DNA of 56,371 nt, filler included, from Dirinaria sp. TL-2023a (GCA_051941275.1; 4 parts of 4 records of this genome joined end to end with filler, not necessarily neighbours in it), one strand, 5' to 3'; positions 1-13,937 are shown, counted from the first letter of the whole stretch. The notes: a model not told the origin generated them from the letters alone. Program-made: numbers and translations.

Positions 1-500
1 GTATACTTCTCGCCGAAAAAAAAAAAAAGACTTTCTTCGAAAAACGGGTATCTCGAATTCATTAATTTGATTCTTTGGGGGGAAGAGAAGTCGATGATAT
101 GGATTTTTTTTTGGATGCGGACTAAGGTAAGAAGGTTAACTTTCTCAAGGTATTATCTCTCTGAAGTTCTATCAGAAATAAGTTGAAAACAGTACATGCA
201 TGCCTCTTCACTTCACAATTGTTGGAGAGAATGTATCGATCGATTGATTGATCATGGAAAATCTGACATAGGCGGTGCAGGGCATTTACCGATTTTACAT
301 ATGTCAGAATGCCGTTGGATACCACCCTTCATACTTTATATAGTATCGTAGGCTATCTATCTACATTATTTAGCAACAGGGCGAAAATTGTTGGTAATTT
401 GGCCGGTGTATATAAGATATACCCCTGTTGTACGAGTACCCCGAGTCTGCCAGGACTTACATATGGCATCGATCTCCGTAAGCTAGCAGCAACAGACGCC

Positions 501-2857
501 TCAATCTGGCGGAATTGGAGTAGGCGCGCTGCTGCGGGAAGTATCGCTTTCCAGATTCGTTCCCGCCAAACCGTTGATGAGATCGTCAATGCGCTTGCGG
601 TTTTCGGGTTTGTCTGCGATTTCCGGGATATTGATCGGCAGTTCGACGTGAACGTTCTGTAGCACAGATAAATCAATTGGATCGGCGGCGCTCTTTTGAG
701 AATTATCCGTGGGGATTGATACCCCCGCCTTCTCCATACTGTCACGGACGAATCGAGCGAGGATACGCGCGAGATTGCAGAATTCGGCCTGGTCGCAGAT
801 ACCCTTCATGGCAAGAGCGACTGAGGAATGGATGGCCTCGGTCTTTTCGTTATCCAATCCGTCGCGCTTGAGGTCCCTCAGGATGCCGAAGCTGTAAATT
901 GAGAGAAGGTAGGATAGTGTTCCATTATAGATTTGGAAGCTGTGGCGGAAGTAATAAACCCGCATGAGGATATTCATGCGAGCGCTTGCTTCGGCGACAA
1001 TCTCTGATGACGATTGGCTAACATTGGCGGTAGCTAGAGGCAGCGGGGGGAGGTCATGGATTTGGGAGACCGCTTGAACCTCGAACAAGGATACGACGAC
1101 GTCGTAGAAATGGATACTACAATGTAGAATTAGAATCAAAACCACGCAGCCAAGGGCTAAGTTCAACTTTTAATGTTCAGGGTTTCTTCTGGTGAGCTTA
1201 CTGAAGTTGAATGTGTTGTGGCAAGACGATGTTTTGCGGATTGAGGCATGTTGGTAAGCTCTCGAACTACATCCTCAAATCAAGATAGAAGCTCAATGTG
1301 TCTTCTGGCGAGATTTTGGAGTTTGCGTTGACGTAGGGTTTGGCCATTTCGTTCATAATGCTGCGTATCCGGAATGTGGCATGGCACAACTGTGGTTGAT
1401 GCGCAGACCACAAAATTGGGCTCGATGGATATTTGAACCATAACTCACCATACCATCCTGCATCTGTCAATGGGTCTGGTAGAGGAGCTTCGGGAGGGTC
1501 TGATAGCAACGGCGGCCGAAGGTAGTGATAGGTAGAAACCCTACGCGTATTTGTTATCGCTGTCAAATATCGAAGGATGGAATATAAACCTACACTTGCC
1601 AGCAAAACACAGCCCATGCGGTGAAAGTATAGACGGTCTTGGTCTTCTCGTCCTTCATCTTCGGCTTTTTAAATATATCCAATGCTTGAGCCATGATAAC
1701 TGCTTGTTTTGAATAGACATAGCCGACCTTGTCGATTCCTTCCATGTTGAGGTTCACGGCCATGACCATAGCGGCTTGAATGGTCGTGATTTAATTGCCT
1801 ATGATCTCAAGCTCCCACATTCTTCGGGCTTCTGAAAGAAACAACGATCCCAAAGTTTGCTGGTTCCCAGAAACATGGCGATATCGGCCATTGTAGGCTC
1901 CGTGGCACGCGTCCGCCAAGATCGTATTAACGAGTAGGGATGAACAGAATCGATGTCTGCCGGCTTTCAAGTCCTCAAGAAAATGATCTTTGTGAAAAAA
2001 GGGCCAGGATGAGTAGTGGTGCATGAAGTAATAACGCATGAGACTATTGAGCAAAGCTTCGTTGGTGGAAGTCACCGCCGTCCAATCTGAAATATTAGTG
2101 TCAGTGAGCAGGGGCTCGACAAGCTCAGCACCGTGGAAAGGCTTTAGATAAGGGACTGCGATCCTGGAAGCTATTTCTTCTGCTTTTCAATGTCCTTAGA
2201 CTCCCAGTTTCCGAAGCTGAATCTTCGTAGAAATAAGATTGCAAGTACGGGTTGCCAGCGTCCTGTTGTACGAGGGCCGGCAAGCTTGGACCGTAAGGGA
2301 AATCGTACCGAAGACGGCTTTCGGGGACAACATACAGTTGCAAGAGTAAGTCTCCATCGTGAACCTGACGGACGATGCTCTCGGCTTCTGCTCCATTTCG
2401 AAGCATCTGAAGAATCCTCCCAACATCGTTGGCAGGCCTATACCGAAGTAGGTCGCATAATTCCTCGCTTCCAGACTTGTGTGTTTGCAATTCGCCATAT
2501 TTCCGCTTCAGAGCCTGAGAATGTGTCTCTTTCGGATGCGTTTCATAGTGGCACTCTACATTGCGTTTGATGCAATGACAACACGGTCGATTCGAATCAC
2601 ACTGATGGTTCCAAGTTAGTACCCTAGCGACGCTGCATCAGATTCCAACATGCGGCAATTAATAAAGTGAGTTTGACTTTTATCTTCTTCTTTCTACATT
2701 CCTCGCATGCAGCAGCAACCACCTTTCTTTTCGACGCCTGGGGCCCTTTAGGAGCTGCAGCAGTCTGTGCGCTCGCCGGCGGAGCTGAAGTAGTCGCACG
2801 GAGCAAAGGGCGCCGCGAACGTCGGCCCTCGAGGGCTGATTCGCCGGACGTGGACAT
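501..2857 (-). pseudogene. Zn2Cys6 (GAL4-type) fungal transcription factor with middle homology region, NirA-like; disrupted
   Basis: Exon 2857-2678 (ACEECRKKKIK) joins across intron 2677-2602 to CDSNRPCCHCIKRNVEC, completing the six-Cys cluster. Downstream are typical motifs FFHKDHFLEDL, FCSSLLVN, ITTIQAA and LPQHIQLH. Lesions: frameshift near 2151-2154, in-frame TAA 1791-1793, in-frame TAG 1267-1269. Confidence 0.85.
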
Positions 2858-5800
2858 TCAAAAGGTTTTGAGCATTCCAAAAAAAATGATTGTAGTAAGG
2901 TAATTTCTGCAGTTATCAGATCGATGACGGAACGCGCTCCGTGCCAATTAGCTCTTGAAACTCTGAAACTCTAGCGTGAGCAAGGAGCGGCGGTTTCGAA
3001 ATTCTTGGCGTATATTTCGACAAAAGATGCGCCCCCCCTCACCACACGCATATTTCACTTTGCTGGTAGCACATGATCTGTGAACGTTTTTTTCCATTCA
3101 AATTTGAATGTAACGTTATACTTATTGCCAGACCTCTGTCGTGTGATTGCCTCGGCATCATTGCTTGATTGGGCTTGACGCTTCACGTAGATGTCAGAGA
3201 AATGGCCCTAAAGCAGCCCTATAACCAACTTTCTTTTCGACATCTCGGAGCAATACTATGCATCTGATCTCATCATGAATGCAACTCAATTCGCATGCAT
3301 TGACGTAAAGTTTGAAGTTTTGTTGAAACGACTCTAATTCAAGTCAGAAGGTGATCGAGAATCTCGTATTTCGTAAATGTGAAACGTTCGATTATATCAT
3401 CCTAGGACTCCAATCAACGGGACTCGGAAAGTCGGCCGACCTATCTTCCCAGGCAAATATTGGAAGGTCTGAAACATTCGGCAGCTCTGAAGTGGAATCA
3501 GGCGAAAGATTGAGAAGTAAGCTTGATGTCCGCTTCAGGATGGCTGCCTCGAAGGTTTGGGACCTCGTCAATTGCTGTTCACGACTGAAGGTCCTCGAAA
3601 ACTAGATGATGTTCGGTGGTATCTCTCTTTGGAGTTCCTGGAGGAAGCGATTTCGCTGTCGGAATTGAGAGAGTTGCATTTACGTTCAGTGTGGTTTGGA
3701 AAACCTAGTCGCTACATGGAGTTGAGGAGCCTATAGAACATTGCAACAGGATGGAGCAGAGTATTCCCGCAAATGCGACGATCTCCATGCTCTGCAGACC
3801 TGTATGGGCCCGGGATTCGTATAGAAAAGCATCCATCAAGTAGTGGATCGGATGGTGATGATGACCATTGGAGCACCCGGAGCGACAGCGAGATGTCCCT
3901 GAACAACCCCAGACTGGACCCAGAATTTGATGATTATGACTTGAACTGATTTTATATGAGAAAGCGGCTCTGAAATTTGTTGAGCTATCAAATGGGCGGT
4001 TGTCTGGAAGTCATCGCTGGTAAACATCACATGTGGCAAACCAATTTTGACACCGAGACATTTGACTGGCCCATCAGCCCAATGCGCGGGCTAGATCCAC
4101 ATATGTACCCCAGGGCAGAGGTAGCAGAAGTGCTAGATCTAACAACGTTTTCGTCATAAGCAAAGTCGGAAGAATTTATCATCGTGCCCCTTGTGACTTG
4201 CCGAAGCGGAAAAAATACCAAAAACGAAGCGAGCCAAAGTTTTGTCACCCGTGGCCTATAACAATCGGTTCAGGAACTAGACAAGCGATCATGGCAGGGA
4301 CAGTAAGATGGGTAAATGAGGTAGAGAAAAGGAATTTCAACAAAACTAACTGAGAACACTGACAGCCACTCTCATACATAGCCATAAGTGAGACAAATCG
4401 ATCAACTTTTCAACTTCCTGTTATGAAATAAGAAATTTCAAGCCGTGGCTGATGGTTATTGGAAGCATCAAGATGGGTGGCTTGGACGGGAGTCAGCCAA
4501 GATTGGTCACTGTTCAGTTAAATAGCCCGCCGGAAATAGCAACTTGGTACACCGTTTCGCAAAGGATTCGAGCATCTTTCGGGATCTGTGTTCTCCTGTC
4601 CGCTGGGTTCAAAGTTGTCCAATGTTGCTATTTTCGGCGTGATCGATCTGCTGATGTCATGCATGGCATTGGGGTGTTTGCAGTTGCCACTCCAGCAAAA
4701 CATCGGGGATTAGCCTTATAGAGTTGCTAGCGCGCACCATGTGTGTCCAGGTCAGGCTGCCATCCTCCCTTAATGGTTAAATGGAGTACGCAAGTGACCA
4801 CCACATACTGCTTGCAGTTGCTGCTTAGTTACGTCATCGCCGTCAGGTGCCTTGATATACGTTCTGACAAGATTGATCTATCTTTATTTTCGGGGAAGGT
4901 AATTTTGGAGCGGCACCGGTGCTAAGAATTTCGGTGGCAATGCAGTGAAAATAGAATTCCACAATTGGTAATAGTGATATGCTGACATCGATTCAATAAT
5001 AAGAGTATTCTGTTTAAAAAGTTGCATATAAAAACCTTCATAAGGTCAGAAATCGAACAGAGTTGTTATGGACCAGATGGTGGGCCAAATAGAATGACAA
5101 TATGCCATAAGGTAAGTGTGCAAAATAATCTAAGTATAATGGTGATGATATGGGAAACCTGGGTGCTATCGCCTACTAAATACGCCATACGTGCTCCATG
5201 GCATGCCGCCATGACCCGGAGCATGTAAAAAGGAGCATTGTTGCGATATGATATGCGTCAAGTGCATGGTACAAAGCCATATGAGGCAAAACATTAGGTC
5301 AGAGCCAAAATACCATAGAACCTGCCTAGTGCCAAAACCACAAGAAAAACCATAACAGACTGCGTGTACCGTAACATGTTTTGAAGAAGAGTTCGCTCGA
5401 ATTGAGAATCGTAAAGAAAGATTCGACGAGATGGCACGATTTACTAAAATGGATGCTAAAAGATGAAGGAAGTCAGACACAACTCAGAACGATCGTGTCT
5501 TGAGAAAGAGCTTTGATGACGAGTTAGCTGTCGTTTCGATCGAGCGAAATCGTCGTAGCTGAGATGCGTTGATTTCGGGCTTGTAAATGACAGAACTTGA
5601 GAGTTCGAGCGAGGCGTGCGTGAGAGCGGAATGCGGAAAGGACGAGTTCTACAAAAGAAAGACAAAGATGATGGGAAGAAAAGAGAAAGTCGGGCGTCTT
5701 ACTCGATGAGAGGGACGTCAAACTCGGGTGAGCGGACACTACTTCGACCCAGATAACAATAATAGTAATCCTAAGGTAAGGTGAGGTAGGCACTAGGCGG

Positions 5801-6510
5801 GCTCATGGTGGTGTCATCGCCACCCGCCACCAAGCACGGATGACTCTCAATTGGCTGAGCGGGAAGAGACCGCGCCAAGAGCGGCTTCTATGGGTGCGCT
5901 AGAGCTTAAAAGATCTTAGTCGTTGCTTGATGCTCCTGCAATCTCCCAAGGTAGAGTAGAGTAAGGTAGGTGATCCGTTGCCTCCATGGCATGGACAGCG
6001 TAGAGACGCCAGGCGAACAAGGAGAGATGGAGGGTACAGTATTGGCAAAACTACTCTACTCTACCTATTCATGTCCGCAGGTTCGAGATCGCTGCAAAGG
6101 TGCAAAGGTGCTAAGGTGCAATGGAAGGAATCCCTGAGACCTGACAATGGGCCGGTGATGTACGAGGGACGAGGGTGCCTTGATATCCGTACAAGCTACC
6201 TTGCGAGCAGCCCCGTCCCCAGCGAATGGGATGACGCGCCCAAATTGGCACACTGGTCCACGTAATTATTGAGCTCCCGGCGAGGTCGATCCCGTTGGTG
6301 CGTGATTCTCAGACCTTCCCACACGAGAGAGTCCATGGATCTGTGGGTGGCAGTCTCACAGCCTCGCCCTCTCCCGTTCTTCCTCCTTTACCTTCCGTCG
6401 CAAATGTCGTCGCTCGCTTTCCCATTTTCACCATCAATTCAATTGGGCTGGGGTGGTCACTGACGGATAGATACTGCCTTCACTTCGACCCTGTCGCGCC
6501 TGTTCTGATT

Positions 6511-7855
6511 ATGCCAGGCTCCTCATGTTACTACCCCAACGGTGACCTCTCAACGGCAGGGGATATTCCCTGTAGTTCGGGGGAGGGTGTGCAATGCTGC
6601 CCTCAAGGCTGGACCTGTCAAGATAATGGACTCTGCTTCCTCCAGAATGAGCAATACTACGGCCGCTACACTTGCACCGACCAAAGCTGGCAGTCCTCAG
6701 GATGCCCACACATCTGCACCCATGGTACGCTTAAGGGCCGCCAGTTGGCTGTCACATGACGGCCTTGATGAAGAAGCTAATTGTGCTCCAGGCAACACAG
6801 CAGCCGGCGACGAAGCAGTGCTTTCCTGCGGTAATGGATTTTGCTGCGACGCTAACCGCCCTGACGCCAATGGGGACGCGAGTAAAGGATGCTGCGAGAC
6901 CTCAACAGACCGTTTCCAGCTCAGCAATCGCCAAATGGTCAACGGGAGCAGTCCCGTCTCCGCTTCCGCCGCTCAGACCCAATCTCACACTATCTCTTCG
7001 CGCGCTGCCGTTAGCACTGCGGATAGCGATGGCGATGACGACAGTGGCGACGACGGTGATGGAGATGGCTCTTCCCAAATCTCTACCACCAGCTCCACTT
7101 CCTCCACCAGCCCTACTCTGATCTCCACTCCGACCTCCACTGCCATCTCCACCCACACTCACGCCCAAGCCTCCTCCCAGGCCCACGCCGGTAACCCGTC
7201 GCAGGCTCAGGCCAGTACTTCGTCGCATGCCCCGGCCCACACCTCTGTCGTTGTTGTTACGTCCGTCGTCGACCAGCCGGGTCGTGGTTCCAGCACACTC
7301 GTGTCCTCCAAAACCAGCGTCATCGCCGAACCTGCCTCTACTTCTGCTGCCTCTACATCCTCGCCGACCGCTTCAAAGCATAATGATGTTGGCACAATAG
7401 TTGGCCCTGCAGTCGCAGTGCCTTTGGCTATAATTGCACTGGCCGGCGTACTCTTCTTCGTGTGGCGGAGACGGAAGCAACGAAAGAACAGTTACGATGG
7501 GAGCAACCACGCAGGTTACCAGCCAGAGGACCCGGTGGATATGTACGCGGCACACAAGGCGCTCCCGCCGAAGATGCCCGAATTGGAAAGCCCAGATCCT
7601 CAGAAAACATCAATTGGGACAGCACCTCCAAGTTATAGGGGCGTGAGTAGTGTCGCAAATACTCCGAATATGAGCGGTAATCCGATTTTACCAGGAGTCG
7701 TACCAAGCTCCAGGAATTCGGGACCGCCGCAAAATACGCCAGTTGCGGCTGGCAGCAGTCCTCCAATGCCACAAGATCCAGTGGAGACAGAGCCAAGTGA
7801 GCTGCCTGGGAGCACGTATCACCCTTATAGACCGGCCGGCAAAACGGGCTCTTGA
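6511..7855 (+). CDS. Single-pass membrane protein with N-terminal Cys-rich domain and Ser/Thr-rich stalk (Mid2/cell-surface-sensor-like architecture)
   Basis: Exons 6511-6724 and 6792-7855; intron GTACGC..CTAAT..CAG keeps frame. Cys-rich CYYPNG..CC..C..NGLC..CTDQSW..C..C, then S/T-rich region, TM segment IVGPAVAVPLAIIALAGVLFFVW followed by RRRKQRK, and a Pro-rich tail. Confidence 0.8.
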
Positions 7856-10719
7856 CCAGGCGCTCACTACTCATAATCAAAAATTAGCTGAGACGCTACG
7901 TTTAATGGATTAATGAACTACCTGGCGCTTTCCGGCGCTTTATTACTGGCTGGAAATTAGTCTGAGAGGTAATGTATATCGTTGAGGAGATGTAGATATA
8001 GATCGTCTCGAAGCCGGCAGGTCACTCAAAGACTATGAAAACTCATGCTGGCATTGTGTCTATAAGGAAGAAGTGCCTATATATATTAGCTCATCACAAG
8101 TTCCGAGACGACAGACCTAATTTTCTGAACTAGGTGTCCACACAAGTGTGGTACTATTGTTGTTCCGATTATTCCCAAATACATCACAGGCTCATCGATG
8201 TTGTATACAGTCGAACCAATCTAAACTCCTGAGCCCAGAACTGATAGGCGGCTTTATGTTGCATAGAACTCAAAGTATTCGCTTGCATATATCATCATAT
8301 TGCATTTGGACAATCCGGTTCTGAGCTCGCTACATTATGATGGAACCTGATCCGTTTCTCAAGGATTTTCGGGTTTCTAGTCTAAGTAATTGCGATCTAA
8401 ACCGAGCACTACCTACTTTACCCAGATCTGGCTCATTCATAGTTTCCGGGACTACGTTCGGTAGTTTTATAGTCCTTGATCGCTACCGTTCTAGGGATAA
8501 TTACTTTGCGTTGCTCTTTGACACCGACTACCTTATACTATTTCTCCCCTTCCACCAAATAGTTCCTACTACCAGAGCTATCCTAAGTCTATGATAAACA
8601 AGGCGACAAGCGGCAGCCGTACCTTAACCTCGGCACAACAGTCATGTGAAGCAAGTTCTGATTCCCATTCATGAGTTTTGAAATGGCTGTCAAAGTACTA
8701 TTTGAGTAACTATTGGAGTAAAGGACTTGATCTAGCATTCATTATTGTATGTATATCCCTTCGTGAGTATTGTACGTATATGTAAACAATGGTACACGTG
8801 AGTAGAAAAGCGTACCTTGAGGCGTCTCCTTTTTAGAAGGTAGCAAAGGTAAAAAGCACTACTACCCTATGGAGACTATCTTGATGGATCTCCCCTAGGT
8901 GTGCATGAAAACTTCACGTACAATTCGCAGATGTGCTGCGACTCTACCTTTGAGGGCTTCGTGCATGAGACTCGAGACCGCATCGAGGCGGCAGGTTAAC
9001 ACCCCCAGATGGACAATTCTGCAATCTTGTGACGGCAGACCTCGAGGGACTTTCGGCAGGTCATGGAATGACTGCGAGCAGAGCCTCTGGTGAGGGATGA
9101 TCCACGATCCTTTGCGCGATCCTTTGCGCGATCAAGGACGGGATACGGGGCCCTTTGAGTCGCTGGCATTCTATTATTTCTATAGCGCTTGACTAATGGC
9201 TCCGCCGTTAAATTCCAGGGAAAGCAATTTGAAGTGGTGATTTCGCTTTGAAATCCGCCAGATTGAATCGTAGAGGTAGGCTACCACGCCAAGGAGCATC
9301 TAAAGCATGATGAAGACGAAGGTTATGAAGATGAGCAATTTCTTCTTCTGGCCCGGCCAGAACGGCTGATGGCGTACTCAACAGCTAGGACGAGCTCGAG
9401 GATTCATATACTATGCTTCATTCTGGAGTCAGGATGCTTACAATATGCGATAAGCGATCAAGAGCTTGGTTTCAACAGACGGTGATGGATTTGATGTGAG
9501 ATGGCTCCACGTGAGCTGGGCAGATTGATGTATGATGTCCAGCATCGGAACAGTGAGACTGGCTCCTGGTTGAAAACATGTTCATTACTCTGTTTATTAA
9601 CCGCGTACGTTCAAGGTAAGCAACCAGATAATGCCCTCGCGCCCTTGCGCATCGTATCGGATTCGTGCTACGATATCTCGTCATTTTCGGATTTTTATTG
9701 AGGGCCGAATTTCTAGTGGTGTCTATTATGGTGGCAGGATCATCCAAGATGTTTAGACCTGACCGTCAGCACCAGCGACGTAATGATCCGAGTATCATCT
9801 CGAGGAAGCATCGAGTAAATGATCGGTGATCTGTGTCGGCAAGCCGGATATACTCACGGCCCGCAGACCGACTTCTCTTCTAGTGACTGGACTTTTCCTA
9901 CTTCCCGTCTCTATCGCACTATACTTCTACTTTCCTATGGCAAAGCCCGACATACTACATCAATCAAACAGAAGGACCGTATAGCATCAACGTCTCTGGA
10001 CCAGCGTAAAGCATTAACCAGCTGTAATGCATGTCATGGCACTGTACTCGTACCACCACAATCATCAGTGTTCACCAAACACTGCCGTACATTAGAAAAC
10101 GGCAGCAGCCTTAGATAGGCACATTAACACCTCCAAAGAGTACGCTCAGTATTCCGCCTTGCCAAAACTACTTCACTTCCCGTGATAAGGTAGAACATGC
10201 CATATGATTAGCTCGCGCAATTGCGCATCGGTAGGTTTCGCGCTTACTGCGCCTGGAGATATGCGCATCCTAGCATCCAAGGAGCCAGTGGACTTTTTTC
10301 ATCGATTGGAACGTTTCTATCGGCATTGTGAAAGAGAAGAGTATGGCGCTGCGAACGCACCTTCCGCTCAGTGAAGCTCGAGTATGACCACATCCATGAG
10401 AAGTCCATGCAGGGATGGCATCCAAACGGAGAATTGGTTCTGTGATATAAGAGGTTCGGTCTCTCGTCAGAGAAAAAAAAAGTACTGTCGCCGGCTGCGT
10501 GATGTCTTCTCCCGGGAAGTTTTGCTTCAAGAGCCTTGACATTGCCACTAGTGAACCTCGCGAAACGCGGGTCGCCAAAGTGCATCTTTCCATCCTTCGT
10601 CTGGATCTATTGTTTATAATCTGCATAAAATGGCACATCGTCGTTCATCTCTCAGAATCCAAATCTACTTTCCATCTCCGTAAGCTTTGTGCTACGAATA
10701 TCTCACCTCTTCTGCGGTT

Positions 10720-12196
10720 ATGGCTCCTCTGCACATCCTGATGTTCTGGTCTGCGACGTTGTCACTTTCGTCTTGCTCTCCCTTCTCGGCACTCAACCAT
10801 CGCAGCGGCCTCAAGACCAGACAGATCGACAATTGTCACGACAGCCGTGCGGAATTTGACTCATCATGCTGGGCTACTCTTGACATCCCCAACTATCTCA
10901 CGCATCAAAACAATGGCTGGATTCACACGACTCCTACCTGCTCAGCCGGCCAAGATACCTCGGCATGCTGCCAGAGCGGTGAGGCTTGGTCAACGTGTTT
11001 CCTTCGCTTGGCAACTGGAGCGCCTGGAAAAGACTGCACTGTGGTGGGGAGCCCGTTTTGTACATATTCAGCACAACTTGATCCGGGTCTCAGCCCAACT
11101 ATACGGGCGCAGGTACAATATGTTGTATTGAACATTTACCGGATGAATAATCTCTTCTCTAGCATGTATCAAGGTGGGCACGCAAATTATCCAGCGCAGA
11201 GTTGCCTCTCTGCAAGTCACTGATCTGAGTTACAGTGATCAACTCTGTGCAGGCGCCGGTGCACCAGACTACATTAAATGTAGCATCAACGCTTGGTGTT
11301 TCTCCAGGGTCCGACGGCACTATAGGTCCAGATTCTGACGCTCTGAACACCGCAATCTCACTAGGCGTCGTTTTTCTAGGTGTTCGTCTCTACTTTCTTA
11401 GTTTCCCTTCCCATACGTGGCTATTACTAACCACTTGCAGAGTTTGACCGCAGGCGAAATCCCTGGAGGCTCGAACTCTCCCTCCCAAAAAGCCGCAAAG
11501 AGCTTTGTCCAAAGCCTGCTCAAAACGTCCGGCCTCGCGAAAGCCATGTGGCCCAATGGCAGTGGTAACCTGGATAGCTTGTCCTCAGGCTTGGAAATGG
11601 TCATGACCAATGCCTCTAGCTTTGTTGAATTCGGAAACAATGGGACCTACTCTGGGGCGCAAGATGTCGGGCCAACACTGCAGAGCGGCTCGTTAGATGG
11701 GTTCGCCGACGCCGCAAACACCTACTCCACATCGGAACTCCTACAGACGAATGGCTTTTATGCCGTCCCCGGGAAGCTGATATCCAGACCCACAACAGGA
11801 TGCACAGGGTTCGATAGCACTGGGAACAGTACGGAAGCCTTTGCCGGGCTGCTGTGCACGGCCACCGACGGCTCGCGTACAGTCTCATACTGGTCGCCCA
11901 TTACCGGACGGTCGTATACGATTGTATCCAAAAATGGGGCGGGCATCGGCCCCGCGGGAGTGCTAAAGAGCATCGCGACACAAAACCAGGCGAACTTACC
12001 GGTTCTCTTCGATGGCGCCTACAAATGCACCCTTGAAGGCAACGCCGGGCCAAAGGTGGCGTTTGACGGCAACGGGCTCCCCGATTTCAATTGTCTTTCT
12101 GTCTTGCCCATGTATTTGCAGTGTGGCACGAATTGTCCGCAGGGCGCCACGCAGTCGAATGGAAAATGTCCGTTTGGATATGAACGGAATTGTTGA
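10720..12196 (+). CDS. Secreted Cys-rich hypothetical protein
   Basis: Exons 10720-11173, 11236-11381 and 11441-12196; both introns are GT-AG with branch points and preserve frame. Hydrophobic N-terminus MAPLHILMFWSATLSLSSC; Cys clusters at both ends. Confidence 0.75.
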
Positions 12197-13189
12197 TTGC
12201 TCTGTCTCACGAAGAGGGCCTGTACTATTCAACTCTGCAACGAAGAGCGTGTCGGAATATCAAGTAGGTTATCAGTCGAGAAAGCCCCCATAGAAGAAAG
12301 TCAACGCATATAGTCATTCCCTCTCCACGCTCGCCACAATGACAAGCTTCGGAGTCGATGACAGTTTATCGAATAAGTCCATGGGAGGGCGTTCAGGCAA
12401 TGGTGACATCTTTGTACGCTTACCGCAGGAGATTAAGGGGTCGATGGGGGGTTGAGGAATACGAGAACCGCCACCAGCTTCATTCTCACCATCTTCATTT
12501 CCTTTGTCTACTGTCCAGTTGATGAAATGGACATAGCAAGTATATCATCTTGCTGGCGTCAAATCGCCAGGCCTGACCTGACGACAGTTACTCTCTTTAA
12601 TGATTATACATACCTTAGTGCTTATCTCTGCTGGGTGTCAGTAATTGCCTACGCTCGCCACCATACCCTCGTAACCTCCTTCATATTTATCGTCCGAGTA
12701 CAAGATTCTAACATCATGGTTATCTTTTTCCTAGCTCTTAGCAGGAAGGAGGGTTCCGATTCTTTACGTCTGATTTTTTTGACCACACGAAATGTTAAAC
12801 CTAGCATCTACCTTAGCACGCTACATGTAAGATTACTTTACCTAAGTCCCACCCCAAAAAGAACTGTAGCAATCAATTCGCGACGCGAAAGTTCCCGGGA
12901 CGATTATTGCAAACACCTGGTACTAATAATTAAGACGCTACGGCGGGAGACAGGGGATGGAGCATATATCGATTCCGGATCGTTTCGATCGGGGCTTGGA
13001 TAAACGTACTTATGCGAGGTTACAGCATACATGTGGTGGGTGGAATCATGACCGGTGTGGCTTGCATGTCGACGATGCACCAGAGTAGCCAGTGACCAGA
13101 CGCTTTTCATCGACATCTGCTGCTCCAGCCACTTGGGAAAAGGAACGTGCCGTCCCTTACATTCTGGGTAGCATCCAATAATCCTCTAC

Positions 13190-13404
13190 GGAGCTTGACG
13201 CCATAAATCCTGGCTAGCGCGGTTAGGGGTTACTGTAGTGTGACCAGAAAGTCACCGGGCAAGACATCACCCGAACGAGCCAGAGGACGACTACCCAGGA
13301 ACCACCTAGAGACTACCTGTACTTCCCAAAACCCAACTGCAGCCACCCAGACGACTTCGTCTTAGCATACAGAGCGCTAGCCAAGACTTATGACGCCAAC
13401 CTCC
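13190..13404. mobile_element. MITE-like element, ~215 bp, with 31-bp imperfect terminal inverted repeats
   Basis: 13190-13220 GGAGCTTGACGCCATAAATCCTGGCTAGCGC versus the reverse complement of 13374-13404, GGAGGTTGGCGTCATAAGTCTTGGCTAGCGC (26/31 identical). No ORF inside and no clear TSD. Confidence 0.6.
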
Positions 13405-13937
13405 TCGAGTCTCTTCGAGTAGGTACCTACCTTAACATTATCTTAATACATTGCGGTTACGGAGGTATGGAATACCACTTACCATTACTCCAAAAAATGA
13501 AAAGGTACCGACGGGAGCGCTACGGCATCCCCCACCACACATCATGCGGCTACAGGTGGTCACAGTTTATCTAGAGGAGCTGGGCCGCAAGGCACAACTT
13601 TGTCGATCCTTTTCGCTCTCGTCGATCGAGATAGCGTAGGAGCAGCGTGAGCTCGTTGTTGGCAAGCACCATGTAGAACTGTGGCACGGCAAACTTTTTT
13701 TCTCTCGCGTCGGCTTCTTCTATAGGTGATGGGCGCAATGAGCTCATTTTCGATCTCAGATTCTGTGGTAGATTGAAATTTTTTTTCTTCTTTTTTTTCC
13801 CTTTTTTTTGGCTCGTTCGACAAATTTTGATTCCAATTCCTCTCTCCTCCTTTCTAAAGAAAATATATCACAGAAAGACTCGTGATAATTTTGGAAAGAA
13901 CTTCAAGGTAGAAAACAGGATCAAACCTCCCAAAAGC

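Noticed and set aside
1267..1269. TAG at a conserved Trp as an A-to-I restorative editing site
   Set aside because: The same gene also has a TAA and a frameshift, so decay is the simpler explanation.
3350..5800. Short ORFs and a possible degenerate gene or transposon
   Set aside because: No recognisable motif or consistent exon chain; a relic is possible but cannot be supported.
9105..9133. 12-bp tandem duplication CGATCCTTTGCG (and an 8-bp repeat near 6094-6121)
   Set aside because: Isolated slippage-type repeats with no supporting context.
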